64,000 nt of DNA from Tubulanus polymorphus (Eukaryota; Animalia; Nemertea): the NCBI RefSeq assembly GCF_964204645.1, contig NC_134025.1, positions 3,224,001-3,288,000 of the forward strand, given 5' to 3'. A program made the translations under genes and the position numbers. Each line of letters opens with the position of its first letter. Positions within the stretch are counted from its first letter, which is position 1. A model generated the notes under the pieces. That model saw nothing but the letters and a program-made list of their open reading frames with translations, searched no databases and was not told where the DNA came from. Shown piece by piece: positions 46,549-61,123 of this stretch.

Positions 46549-47538
46549 TCATGAATCAGCGAGAGCTGAGATAAGGCTGTTAAACACATTGTCCATCTCT
46601 ACACTGATGGCTTTCTCCGCAAGAAAACGGCAACGCTCGCATTCTGAACACGTACAATCTGAACACAAGTTATCTGAGCCAATTCTGACACAATGTTGCT
46701 GCTGGTACATGAGAGTATTAGAATTATTATAGCACTTTAAAGTCGATGGATTGCAATTATCAATAGTTCGGTTGTTCGCGTTATTAATGTTTACATTATT
46801 AATATCCTGGTTATTCGTTACTCCTGACGCAGGGTTGACCGAATTATTGTCTTTGCACTTGTCACACAGAGATTTAGAGGCACACGTTTTACATTGTTCA
46901 TTTATTCGTGGTAATCCGTTTGAATTAGTTTGCTGTCCGTTAGGAATACGTTTTGATTGAGTATCAATGTTACTTGTAATGGATTCTGTGCAGGAATCTG
47001 AAGGTTTCAGACTTCGTAATAGATTATCGGCTGAGTCGTCCATTAGCTTATCACAATCACTACAGTCTAAATTATCCTCAAATACCGGTTGTGTCAAATA
47101 ACTATTATTCAAGATATCGTATCCGAGCGGCATCCGCGGTCGAAGAAAACGTTCCTCGTATATATAATGTAATCCTAGAGATTTTTTCAAACGTTCTTCG
47201 CGAATTTCTTGTTGTAGTTTCTTCATAGTATTATTCACTAGTACGGATCGCCTGAGGAATGTTTCCGGGTCTTCAATGGCGCGTAGTTTCTGTACTGATA
47301 TTTTCAGAATTCGTTTCCGTTCGTCTTTCCTCTGTTTCGGCGTATTCCAAAGCGGTGATATTTTTCTCGGACGATCGTACTCGATGTAATCGTCGTCAGT
47401 GTCTATCTTCCGTTTCATGCCCATGTTAATGGTAGGTTTACGCTGAACGGGTTTTTCACACGATTGTTGCGGAAGCTGGTAACGGTAATTAGGATGCTGC
47501 CCTGTGTCAACGGCAGGAACTGGAAAACATAAATACAT
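46549..47538 (-). CDS. SERTA-domain transcriptional co-regulator (SERTAD4/CDCA4/taranis family)
   Basis: 329-codon ORF with SERTA domain ERKRILKISVQKLRAIEDPETFLRRSVLVNNTMKKL and C-terminal helix EMDNVFNSLISAL. An acceptor TTTTCCAG precedes 47519, so the real start may be MGMKRK at 47424. Confidence 0.88.
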   Translation of the reverse strand: MYLCFPVPAVDTGQHPNYRYQLPQQSCEKPVQRKPTINMGMKRKIDTDDDYIEYDRPRKISPLWNTPKQRKDERKRILKISVQKLRAIEDPETFLRRSVLVNNTMKKLQQEIREERLKKSLGLHYIYEERFLRPRMPLGYDILNNSYLTQPVFEDNLDCSDCDKLMDDSADNLLRSLKPSDSCTESITSNIDTQSKRIPNGQQTNSNGLPRINEQCKTCASKSLCDKCKDNNSVNPASGVTNNQDINNVNINNANNRTIDNCNPSTLKCYNNSNTLMYQQQHCVRIGSDNLCSDCTCSECERCRFLAEKAISVEMDNVFNSLISALADS

Positions 47539-47692
47539 TACACGGTTATTATTTAACTAGTTGTGATTATACTCGTCATCTATACTCATTCATTACTGCA
47601 GTACACGACATTTTCAGACATCTGTCGCACAATAATGGTTTGCGTGTTCGCCAAACTTTCATCATAATCCGAAATTTATAGCTCTCGTTACA

Positions 47693-47720
47693 TATACATA
47701 TATATATATATATATATATG
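47693..47720. repeat. (AT)n microsatellite
   Basis: Direct AT run. Confidence 0.8.
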
Positions 47721-50700
47721 TATGCGTATGCAAACACCATTCTTTAAGATATACTCGATTTAAATGACGATACAAACAATTGAAAATTCAGCAATCGTGG
47801 CTGAAGTGGTGAAATCGTATTCCGATGATTTACGAACTACCTGTCACGTATCGAATATCTGATAGCATTTAGAAATGATTACTATAGTAACCACAAGGTG
47901 TCCGTAGGTAATAATAGAACTGACTGAGATACAGATGAAGCTAGAAAATGCTTGAGTTGTGTAACCTTACAATCGATGTTAATTACTGCCAGGAAATCGC
48001 GGAGCTATACCTCGAAATTTCCAGTTCAAGCGTCGATAACTCTCGAGATACCTTCAGGTACACTGAACCTTTCTCGAAACAGTGGCTATTCCTCGTAGGT
48101 GCACCGAATATATATCCCAATCAATTCACCGCGTTTACCTCGTTTTATGGTCTTGATCTCGGAGTAAAAGCGTTTTGCGTTTTTCCTGAGTTATTTATAG
48201 CCTACTTTGTAGTAAGGCAGTCTTGATATCAAAATAGCTTTGATCCGGGCTATGTGTGATATGTATAATGAAAGTGAACGAACTCATGCGGTTTAAACAC
48301 GTTAAAACAACAGTACCGATTGTGACGATACAAATGAACTTAGTATACATAAATATACTGATTGTGAATTGAGTGCGCACTTTGTCAACATAATTATGTT
48401 AATAACGCTTCGTTGGACAAGTAACAAACAGGCTGAAATAAGTTACCAACACAAACCGCCTTATAACCGATTCTAATCTCGTTAGCGATAATGAAATACT
48501 TTCGTGATATCGCTTGTTATTCATTCGATCTAGGGTCCCAAAATACACGACGGTTTTAAATGTGGATTGTATTGCAAAGAGAACATTTCCATAAACCAAA
48601 GTAAATAAAAGCTTTGTGTTCGACTTCTTAAAGTATGAGGTCGTGAACGCTATGTTTCACCTGTCCTTTGGCTACGATTCAAAAATCGCAAGTGCTGGCC
48701 GAAACAACAACAGATTTCCAAGTGTAAAGAAAATACCACGTTAAGTTTTGATAGATATTTATCCAGATCAGAAAGAAGTAAAATGGCATAAAGCGATATA
48801 AATAAAGCAAAACATAACACAACCTCATATTGAGTGCAACTGATAAGATATTTTCCTTGCGCTTATCTCCGGCTCAAAACTGTATCGTACTGATTTTCAG
48901 ACGCGAAGATGTTCGATCTTTACACAACTTATATCTCATTATCAAAACATAAAAGCGAGATTTATTTGTGTCGTTTGATACATATTCATATAAGCAATGA
49001 TTCTGCTAGATTACGTCTAATGTTAATGCGTCATCCTAAGAGGTTTAACCAAAATGCATCGAAGTTCCCTTCACCAAAACATTACCACTCACCGCCGAGT
49101 GGCGAAATAGTAATATGTATTTAGAAATAGCCCATATAATCGAGAAATGTTTATGTTTACCAAAAGAAAAAACAATCAAATACTTGAAAACTCCTTACCC
49201 GAATTAGAAAGTGGTAAGAATCCACGATTGTTGAAATTAGTGTTTAAATCCCGGTGTCCCCATGACGTGTATAAATCCGATCCATGTTTTTCATCGACTG
49301 TGAGATTACAAACAGGCGACTGGTAAAAATTCGGCATCGGTAAAACAAGTGTCATTCTCCGTTGACGATTGCTACTGAAATGAGACGAGTGAAGTGAATT
49401 AAGAGTTGAGATGAGTGTACCTGCCCGACACGCAGCGGACAAATTGTAAACCATAATCAATGTAATACCCACACGCGACATGGGGTCATGTTTGTCGAAA
49501 TTCAAAGAATGTTGTTTGACATATTTCGGTTTTCTGAATGGAAAACACCAGGAATACTTACAAAAACCATACACAATATTACCGGTTAAATTGTTCCAAT
49601 TGTTTTCATATAAATGCATCAATTAACGTTTGTGGAATTATAGAGAATGTTTCGAACACTAATAAATAACGAAACCGTAAAACAGTCAGTTATTCAGAAA
49701 TACCTTTAAAGAACGACAGAAGACGTGAACGATTTAAGAATTCTATATGAATTATATATATACCTGTTACACTTGAATATAGCCTATATTTACAGACACT
49801 TCTGTCAATGAATGCAAGAAAAATGTACAATTGTATATAAATATGTAACATCATAACACGTTTTGTATGTTGATATGTTTATGAAAAATGCTAAATGATT
49901 AATTAAGATATGGTCGCGTCCAGGCGTAAACCAACTGTTGATAAATTATCGTAAAACGGTATATCGAATTCAATAGATCTACATCGAAACTTCATCAAAT
50001 ATTCATATTTCACGCCATCGGTTTGTAAAGACTTCGCGTGATGGATTTTATAGCGAAATTGCCTGAAACCGATCACTCGTTAATTCACACTGATTACACT
50101 CTTCATAGCAATCTAACTCTCTAGTCACTAATACCCATTTACAGACCACTAATGCATCTAATAGAATAAAGTCTGATAAACAGATTAATAAATCGGGTTA
50201 TCTTTATATGAATTATAATTAGTTCTTACCTGTTAAAAACTGTTATTAACTATAGTAACCGGTAAAATGACATGTAATCCTCATGCCGTAGTCGATGGTT
50301 TATGAGAATTTAGCAGATGCTCGCTGATCATTGTCATAAGGGGCACGCGTACGTATCATATTTTAATGACAATATAGCTTCTCGGCTATTACACATTACG
50401 AACCTCCGCCTTCTGTGACTCGAGCGTCGGATACATCGTAATGCCTGATTACCGATTTATAATTCATAAACTTTCCAATATCACATGCAGCCAGTAGAGT
50501 TTTAGATAGATAGATTGGTTTATTTTCGCAGAATGTCGTAAACATTAGCAACTATGCCGGTTTTCGTGTTAATGAACCTAGACGTGGTGACATCGATGGG
50601 GCGAACGACGGTTATTCATACAGCCATCTTTGCAGGTGCTCGTGGTAAATTGTTATTCATGATCGGTATTAAATGAAATCTCTCTAAACATGTCCCCATT

Positions 50701-52708
50701 AATGATGATGTGACGTTTGAATGCGTCCTTTTTTCGCTAAAACTGACACGTGCGGGTCTGTGCGTCATACCAGAAACTATTACAAGAATATGATTCTTTG
50801 TTCCATTTCCACATTCAAATTTCTATAATATCTGTAATGTGGAAAATATTTTACTCGTCAATTTGAAAATTGGCCATTAGTTCCTGACAATTTACGTACT
50901 CAGTTTATTGTCATCAATCACAAATTATTGCACGGAGAAGTAACGTGTCAGTTTTCATGCCGTGTCAAACCCGTTACAAACTGAGACTTAATCATATCTA
51001 TCAGATCTGTGTCCGCTAATTAACTCACTTCACTTATTCATTAAAATTCACCCCTTAATTGACTAGAAGTATAAAACAACTGATGACAACGGCTTATGAT
51101 GAGAAATCAGATTTACGATCAATAATCAAATCTCATCGTAAATTTTGTGATTTTATTAATTTCACAAATCAACGCAAAATACGCTGTATACATATCATCG
51201 ATATATTTTCAGTACAAGATTTGTCATCAGCAGCCGAGATACATCTTGAGCTGTGTAAATGCGCGCGTCATCTCGTTGGAAATAAGATGATAGAAATTGA
51301 TGAGGAAGCTGTCCATGTTTGCTGATATTGCCGGCGGTAGTTTGCAGCCCCTGGATGTAACATTCACCGCAGAAACGAGTGATCACAACGGTGACATCGG
51401 CTGAGTAAGAGATGTGTGTACATCAGTCAAACGTAAATTTGTTCATTAAGCTTACTAGCACGCTATTCCACACTTGACATCCATATTATGTGTATAATAA
51501 AACTCTCAAACGAGGGGTTATAATTAATAAGGTAATAATCCAATCAACTATTTTAATGCATCAAATGAATCTGAAAATCTATAACCATGTATTTGTATAT
51601 ATATATATACGCATCGTTATTGCAAAATATATATCTATCGTTTTATCTAAGAATGGAAAGTAGGTATTTCAATGCATTCATTTTAGTGTGTACAATATTA
51701 CGATTCGGAAACTCTCGAGTCTGAAATACACAATGCCTCAATTTCAAATATGCAGCTTTTTTATGAAAAGTAATTGCCTTCAAACCGTGCCCCTGCACAA
51801 TTGGCCTCAGGCGAGTATCACCAGACAGTGGATTACGTATGCGACAGTTTCAAGATTGCACATACCAATTATCTATATCATTTTCCTCCGAAGCTCGAAA
51901 AAATATCAGACATTTGTAATGTTGATGTGCAGTTCATAGTGTTGTCACATGAGTTCCGAAATGGTCATAAAAATCCCAGACGAATTGCATGATATCGTAG
52001 GAAAACGCCGAGGATTTGTGAATAGTAGGGCTTTAAGAAATTTCGAGAAACTACGTATGACTCCTCCTCCTCCTATAAGTATAGATGGGTTCGAACCCTG
52101 CTGCTCAAATCTTCGGTAGGGGGCGCTTCCCTGTTGTCAGTTCTCATTTGCTCCAAAAATCACGTAAAACTAAGAAGCGAGAATTTTGAAAAATTCAACA
52201 CAATTATTTATTTGTCGTTTTATCCACGATTCAATTATTGAAATTATTTACAAATTATAAAAAAATATACAAAATTTTTGTGTGTGGATGAAGGGAAGTA
52301 TAAATAGTCTGAAAGATTAAAACAAGAAACTTTACGAACATCGATATTTACAGCAACCAATTACATTCCTGATACATCAAATTAAATACATAAACATCCA
52401 ATACTTGATGCCAAAAAACAGAAAGATGTAACACAAGATATATTTAGTTTTTACTCTTGGAGAATAAGCCATAATACATGATCTACATAAATACAAAAAG
52501 CTCCGATAACAAAATTTAGCGTGAAAAAAACGATAGATAAGATTAGTTTAAGAATTCGATCAATTCAGTTTGTTTTACACTTGCAAATGATCTAATATGA
52601 ATATACAACCAGAATAATTCCAATGAATTATGATATAACACAAATTTATGATAAATATCTGATACGTGTAGAAATGAATGCGTTCACAGAGAAATCAATC
52701 AGGATCCT

Positions 52709-52745
52709 AGAGAGAGAGAGTGAGAGAGACAGAGAGAGTGAGAGA
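52709..52745. repeat. (GA)n microsatellite in the presumed PLEKHH 3' UTR
   Basis: AGAGAGAGAGAGTGAGAGAGACAGAGAGAGTGAGAGA. Confidence 0.8.
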
Positions 52746-52859
52746 CGTGACGTAAGTAATCGCTATAACACTGACAATAAACATAGAGCAGTGTCACATA
52801 TAGTGTCATCTCTCAATAACAAACGAATGCCTCAACTCAACAGTCGACCGATTAAACAC

Positions 52860-55800
52860 TTAAAAAGTCGTTGTTTCAGTCATCGATGCTTTTGGTAGGC
52901 TGAAGTTTTGCGACGATTTCGTCGAGCCCGGAGTGCGTAGCTCGGATGTCGAAGATGTAGCTCGAGATTGAGATTGAGACGGAGTCCGCGATGATATTTG
53001 TGATATCGTAGTAGAAGTCGTACTAAACGACGGTCTCTGCGGTTTCGTATTGATGTAAGCCGCCATTAATTGCGTCACTTCGATCACCTGAAAATATATC
53101 GATGGGAATCGATTAATTTTTTCAACAGACGATGTGAAAAACCGACGTGCTCGTGATCAACCGTGTATTTAATATCAATCCCCCAACAAAATGATGATGA
53201 AAATAAAAATAACACAAATTGAGAAAACAGCTACAATTCAAAAGTATCGAAGCTGAAAACGAAATGGCCCTTACTCTTCAAACAAATTAACTAGCAGATA
53301 AAGAAGGTTTCATGAGCCCCGGTTTTTCCACGATGAATGCAGCCAATAGGTCGCGGTTATTATTCGACATATCACCACAGGGAAATTACCCATTTATCAT
53401 TATTGCGAACAAATATTATATCAATACACGGCGAAAAAAGCTTTTACGATTTATAACAGGATTACTGCGTGTGTGTATGTATGTATGTATGAAGATGAAT
53501 CAACTATGTGTATACAGACGCACTCTAACATACACGCATATTGAAATAATCTCGATTGAAATCCGATAAATTCAACGACACTCCATTTTATCAAATACGG
53601 GAATTTTCACTTTTCAGAAAGAACTAATCTTATTTTCGGCCTGATTCGATTTTGCTATTAGTTCATTTTGCGATAGCCTAGGAACTTGTTATAGGAATAA
53701 ATCACATCAGCAATTAGTCAAAAAGGTTAAGAACGACCAAAGATAGACGCAGAAAAGCCTTTAATGACTAAATGATAGTACTTAACAAATCTCAGTTGAC
53801 ATTTAGATTATGCATAGCAGCGACCACAGACCAATTTGGCACCAGTGCCTCGGCCTAATCTGGCACAGACAAAATTTGGCCCGGGTCAAAAACGTTTATG
53901 TTTCAGTTGGTATCAAATAGTTTATTTCTTTTTTCAAAACGTTTTTATTTTCACCTATTACTTGATTAGTTTACCGTCTATCCTACGCACGGTTGACAAT
54001 GGTAGAGGGTTTAAACACATTTACACAACCTGTTACACTTGGCAAGCAATCAAATCAATTTCATATGCCTAACTTCAATGATAAATATCCAATATATCAA
54101 AATGAATGATCAAATACAGGCCCGGTATTAACTTTACAGATGATGATGAAATAACTAACTATTATTCTAACAAATTACATAAACTTATTAAACAATTATT
54201 CAATTAACAGAATTCATCAACTTGGCGTTTGCCACAAATTACAAAAACATCTACAATTTTTTTTTGTTTTATTTCATCCGATTTATAAATTGTATTTAGT
54301 GTCATCAAACTTTTGTCATCATTAAATCTATCTCTCTCTCAGTCACAAAATCAATCAAGCAAATTTGACTGAGCTTTATACGTGAAGACCTGCGATAAAT
54401 GGCTCACTGCGTCAACCCGATGCTGCCGTACGACATCTTGACCAAGATTATGCGGCAGATTGAGTCATATTCCAATTGTAATTTCGCTCTCCTAAGATTG
54501 TGATTTCAAGCCCTTAGTCACATCAAGTCGGCCACGTTTCATTGTGAAGCATATTGATGAAAACCTAAAAGCCTGTTCAGTATGCGCAGTACAAAACATC
54601 CAAGTGACGCCTCGCCTCGCGTAGACGACACCGCACACACATCAACTCTTTTAATCGTCTCCTAAACATTTTTACGGAAGCTATTGTGAAAATCTGCCTC
54701 ATTTACATAACAAAATGTGGGACACACACAAAGGACAGTAATAAGGTTCGGGCCATATACAAAAACACACACCTGTAAAAAGGGACAAACTAAAAAAATG
54801 TTCACAAGTTTCACGAACGATTAGAGATATCAGGTTTTTTTTATCGCTAGTAGATAATTTTTCAGTTCCCTGAAGAAGTGTTTACGTCAAAGAATCGTCG
54901 GCAGTTCATCGCAACTACAAAGAAAATATCCGGCAAACAGGAAAATAACGACCTTGACTTTGATCGTTTGATTTTTATAAGTTTTAAACGGTGCAGTTTG
55001 TAGGATGAAACAAGTATTGTAACAGCTGTCCAAATTAAACAATAGAAAACAACTATTCTATATAACAATATATAGTATTATACCCTTATGACATCCATCT
55101 GCGATATAATCACATCATATCAGATGTACATATATTAATTCTTATTCAGATTTGTCACCTTTCGACTAAAATGTTTACGTTCAACAAAAAATATCCAAGA
55201 TTTTTGTATAAATAGTATTTGAAAAAAATTAAACTTTCCATAAATGCAAAAATTCATTAATTTTTGATAAATGCAATGGATTTTGAAAGAAAATATGTGG
55301 CTTTTTTTTTAAACGCAAAGGGCAGGAATAACAGTGATTATACATATATACATGCATTACATGTAAGCTAATTCCAACACAGTATCAGACAACGCTTGAC
55401 ATATTGCCGATATTACGATAGTACTCTGAATAGCCAAAGGCTCAGAAAATATTGACTAAAATACAGCAGAGGAAAAGGTTAATATCACATTTCACTTGCA
55501 TCAAAAATCGATGATTTCTTGTTTTTCAGAGCGAAGCTAACGACACTTGCACGCATCTAAAACCATCGATGAAATTTCCGGAAAAAAAAATTCAGTTATC
55601 TGTCAAATAAATTAAACATGAACTGGCCACGTGAGCTGCACTTACACTCAATTCAATGAAAACAGTAATTTCTGAATAATTTCTGTGATATATTGAAACA
55701 ACACACATGTTTCCTCCAGTGTAAACCGATAGACAAAGAAAATTGCTTATTTTTCAGTTATTCACAGCTGTCGCATACATCTTGCTGTATGTATGATAAT

Positions 55801-58800
55801 ATTACAGATTTAAATGATTCGATACTACCAGCAAAATGAGTACATTTACTAAAATATCAATATCAAGTCAAAACGATTATTTTCACTAGTAAGTATGTAT
55901 GTAATATTACAGATTCAAATACTTCGATGCTATCGGCAAAACGAGTTTATATTTACACAAATTTTCAAAGAAATTCACATTTCCTACGAAACTCGCACAA
56001 GTAGATCTCACAATGCGTTGTGCATCACTACATCGAAAATCTTTATCATCCCAAGTACAGTTAAGCTATTAAAGAACGAAGAAAGTGGTTGAGAATTGAA
56101 ACATACTGAACTCAAGTGAACGTACAACACACAAGATGTTAATGAAGAGATTTTCTGCGATGAATCAGCATTTTCTAGTCTGGATGTATAATAAGCCAGA
56201 TAAATTCAGGACAGTCACAAGATTAATTTCCGTCAATGTGCAGTTATTTCATGTCACTGTTGAATGATTCAGCTTTTTATGATGACCGAGGAATGATGGA
56301 TATAAAGATTTGGTCATCGGTCTCGATATCGAAATGACTTCGGCGTAATTACAACTTGTCTATCAACACAAAAAATAGCCTTCCAGCGAAATAAACTTGC
56401 ACGCTCTATAATTCCATCTGGTGGAAAAGAATGATCATCCGCGATCACATGGAGAAGATTAAGCCCGAGTCAAACTGGCCTGAACCAAACTCGTGCTAAA
56501 ATTGGCCTGTGCCGAATCAGAGAATGCGTTCACACGTAAATCATATACTTAGCTATGGCAAGTGAGATGGGTCAGTTCCAATTAGCATTCACAAAACAGG
56601 TTTAGTTTGAAATAGATTTGTACAGAAGGAATATGGGCTAACTCGGTGGTCTGATTCAGTATGATAAATTTATCAAGTGAAACCCCCGGGGACGAGGAAC
56701 AAGAGAGGAGAGATATCCAGGGTAATATTGAAGTAGACAATATCGATTGTAGAGTGAAGTCTAGTCAGGTAGCAGATCATCCAACAACATACGGATAGAT
56801 CATTCACTTACAACACATCGAAACAATCATCTATTCGACCAAGTTCTAGTATTCTGACTATGATCATGTACATAATACGCATGTAACTATAACAATCAAG
56901 AGGTGTCGGGTATCCGAGAAAAAGACAATCCGGAAATTTGATGTGATTTATTTTCGTCGCAGAAATTGTGATATGAATAGCAAATATTCAGCTATGCATA
57001 TGGCGACGAAAGTGTTTTCTATAGGGAAAAGTGTAAAAAATGTTGAGATACTGACGTTGATGTATTTGACTTAAACAAGCGCGATCTAAATGACATGTAT
57101 GCATGTATAATTGCGGAGTCGTGTCACTCGCATCCTTGGACAACAGAAGAAAGTGAAAACCAGACTGATCAATCATGATACATACGAGATACCCCCGGAT
57201 GCGACTATTAGACGTCGAAATAAACGAATAATGACATTAGGGCAAAAAAAAAAATAGATCCGGAAAATTCTACAAAGCTTTTACACGTTCGATGTTTACC
57301 TTGACTTTGGACATGACGAAAAATCTGCGATCAGTGCCGGGTTTATGTTCGAACCGCGAGACTATCATGAAATCGTCTTTACAGCCGCCAAACGTTACGA
57401 TATTTTTGTACATATACGTAGCCATAGGATCCTGAAAAAAATACGATAAACTCAGTAAACTATAAAACAGGGAAATTTTGAGATGTTGGTATATAAACAG
57501 TTATTTTTTCATGTTAGATACCCGCGTTTGAAAAGTAAATATCGAATGAAGCATTGCAGATATAGTATCTGGTAGATCATACATGTTTTCACTTGGGACA
57601 AGAGAACCTTATGAATGCAGGCTATTTATGAGACAATTAAATCAGGAGATTTGTGATTAGTTTTGTGGTAGTCGACAGGGAATCAGGTTCTCAAGGTTCT
57701 ACAATCCATAAACGTAATTATGATATGTTACACTATGCAGTGAATCGATGTTGTCGTCAGTAGGTTGCGGTGCATATTTCTGAGGACACATTTATATAAA
57801 CTATTTACCTGAGCACCATTCATTCAGAAATCGTACTGCTGCTGTGCATTTAAGTTGCTCCTTACTTTTTATGAGATACAGTGAATCTCAATTCAAAATA
57901 TTTTTTCATATTTCGAGGGGAATTGTGCAGATCTCAATTTTTATTCAGTCCAAAATGATCATTATAAAATCATCTAAAATCATCATTTCAGACTGAAGAA
58001 GGGTGATAGGAACCACCCAAAATATTTCTGATATTCTAAATAAACTTTTCAGTCTTTCGATCATGGGATTTACATTTATCAAGTTTTTATGTTATCTCAC
58101 TTTTAAACGAGGATTCATTATCAGTGATCTGCAGGCAGTTACGGCGTAAACCGTTTCAATCGAATGAAGGTTAATCTATATGATTTTGATAGATCCTTAA
58201 ATTCATCAACAGCATTAACAATTAATGACTTGAATGTGAAATGAGTCTAGTTCGAATGAATCAGTAGTAGAGCGCGGCTAGACTGATAATCAACTCACCA
58301 TTGTAGAATAATTTAGGATGCTGATTCCTTCATCCAGTACTGCCAGCCAAACCTGAGTCATATCATCTTCACCTTTAAGCTGTAATGAAAACATATAACT
58401 TTCATAGTCTGCAGTGTGAGTAAAACTTTCACATTTATAAAACATGCAAACCGCACGTTTCTCACAGTCGAGAAAAAAGCACATCGACTTTTATCTTTTA
58501 AAGATCTGCAACATCAATTGGATTCACATATGACTGTGGGGGAAGTAAATCTAAACGCTGGACAAAGTTTATCGAATTTTGTCCACCGTTTAAATTTATT
58601 CACGTAAGAATTAATGATAGAATAATTCTGTTTTCGACGCCTCCGTTTCGTGGGAATTTAACATGAACCGAATCGAAATTTTTAACTTTCTACGTTTCAT
58701 ATCAATGAACAGGGATTAACAATAATACGGGTCAATGAATTCTCAGTACACGTTAAATACTTAACTCGTATTGAATACACGCTACAAATAATAGGTACCT

Positions 58801-60763
58801 TTAACCGTTTCGTGTACTTTATTTAATTGAAAATGGACACAATGAACAAACGATATTTTCACTTGTACCCGGCTCACTGTGTACGGTACTGTGAATTACA
58901 TTACACCCACTGATTTAATAAACAGAAACCTGACGTAACAATTTTCGCAGCATTTATTCGATGAACAATGATCAAAAGCGCGAACAATTCTAACCGGTTT
59001 CGAGATAAACGGAGAGAGTGGCCCTTGATCATTAGAGCGATGGCTGCATGAAATCGAGGCCAAGGCCTTCGTTGTCATATATTTCTCATCAGGACACCAT
59101 GGAAACAGTATAATTGCAGTACTGTTATACCGCAAGGACACTACTTCAAACACTGGCTTAGAATAGTAGTTTATTTACTTAGCGTCAACCTTAAACCTTT
59201 AACCAAAGTCAATAATCTTTCTTTCGCATTTGCAATTCGTAAATACTGACAAATGTAATTATTATACTCGGTACCTTCGCTGAATATAGCTTCGCTCCGA
59301 AAAACGGCCATTTACGAGTTGCATTTAGGTATATTCGAACACATTCCTGTTGACTCTGAGACTTTAAAGAGATCCATTTCTTTTCCATACTTTCCATGAC
59401 CTCGCTGAAATAATGTACAAGTAATGCTTTTTAGAGTCCATTCGCTCAAAAAGCGCAAGGGCTACGTCTTTGAATAATTGACGATCTTTAATTCAGAAGA
59501 TGGGCGCTAAGAGCAGTCTGCGATGGAACAAACAATGAGAATAATAATGATAATGCGCATCTAAGTGAAAGTGCTTTCTCATTATTAGAGCTCAGTGGAT
59601 GTAACTAGTAAATTACCGTTGTTCATATTCGTCGGTTGTGAAACCACTACGAAAACGCTTCGGATAAAACCGGTCAATGATGATTCCTAACTGTTGAGAG
59701 GTCTGCGCTTCCGTCTGTTCTTTTGATTTACAATCACCAAATTCAATCTATCAAAAAATGCATAAGCCACTACATACTACAGTATCATAGAGAGGGGCGT
59801 AGTAGTTCGTCTTGATTTACAATCACCGATCTATTGAAAATCTACAATTATACTTTCAAAAGAATCATTTTTTTAGGCATGACTAAAAAGTGTATTTCAT
59901 GATACGAAGTATGTGTTTCTTCACTAAATGTCGATCCAATTGATATTACTTCATGACACTGATGCAATCAGGATATGACTGCCGAGTAAATCTAATTTGA
60001 CAGTTTGCTGCTACTTCATCGCTGATTATCTCAAGTTTCGATGACAACATATTTCAGAATGAGAGATACATACACCGGTGATACAATACGAGTATCTAGA
60101 CAACAACAGTGTTTGTAACTATAAACCTGGTTATCATTCTCTATGGTTGCATTGAGTCATTCTTATACGAGTCCCGAGATCGCCATTAATTTACTACGCA
60201 ACCAGATATTCGTAAATATAATCCATTATAAATTCTTTAACAGTAAATATATACGAAATGTGTAAATGAGCTCTTCGCCGAAGAGTAAAACCAAATGATA
60301 TCGGACGCAATATATCATAACTAAAGTGGATAAGAAGATAAGAACAAGTGTCTCGAGGCGGATATTTTACAGTTGACATTTTTTCGTACCTGAGCTAACA
60401 AAGAAGCCAGTTCAATTGCTAGTTCTCTAGTGGTTGGAAACCGACGGCGTATAATGTCATGGTTTATATGATAACACAGCAGCAGTTTCTCTTTTTCCGT
60501 CTCCCATTTCATCATATGACGGAAATAGAGCCTAAAATTGTAGTAAACATGAAACGAATTGAATACAGTGAATAGACAACAATTCTCTATTTAATGAAGT
60601 GAACAAAAGCTGACCTAAACTATCAAAGTAGTTCTTTACATATGAATCCTGTCTGAAGTTCCTACCTGTTTTTATAAATAAGTTTAATCGTTCGACTGAC
60701 TTCTTCCTTCTCTTTATGTTGTTCCAAGTACATATTTTCCCATTGCGAGATGACGTCGCATAA
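52860..60763 (-). CDS. PLEKHH1: PLEKHH1/2 (MAX-1)-like protein, C-terminal FERM-domain exons; 5' part beyond the right edge
   Basis: Exons 60666-60763 (LCDVISQWE..KLIYKNR), 60390-60532 (LYFR..ETEKEKLLLCYH..ELAIELASLLAQ), 59617-59748 (IEFGD..DRFYPKRFR), 59275-59404 (ECVRIYLNATRKWPFFGAKLY), 58299-58379 (VWLAVLDEGISIL), 57300-57431 (IVTFGGCKDDFMIV), 52860-53087 (VIEVTQLMAAYIN). Confidence 0.85.
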
Positions 60764-61082
60764 CTATAACAAAACATTCAAACCATCGATTATAAAAAAC
60801 ATTTTTTACATATTTCAAATCCCGTGGATTATGAAAAACAATTCACCCAAAACCCTTGGCTGTCGAAAATATATACTATTTTCATCGTCATTTTTTCACC
60901 AGAAACTGATCGACAAACAGCAAAGCAGACATGATTATTACACACAGGGCAATCAGTTAAGTGTCTAACTTCATAATAATTTCATAAATGAGATTGGATA
61001 AATGAACTTCAACGTACAGTAGACATAAATGTGGTACAAAGCTGACATTTATAATAGATATTACTTCAAAGCGACAGCGATC

Positions 61083-61123
61083 ATATATATATATATAATA
61101 TATATATATTTATATATATAATA
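61083..61123. repeat. (AT)n microsatellite
   Basis: Interrupted AT run. Confidence 0.75.

Noticed and set aside
47948-52000. Scattered 60-150-aa ORFs upstream of the SERTA gene
   Set aside because: Composition typical of random AT-rich frames with no exon chain; probably 5' UTR intron or regulatory DNA.
52085-52135. B-box-like GGTTCGAACCC suggesting a tRNA or SINE
   Set aside because: No A-box or cloverleaf stems could be built around it.
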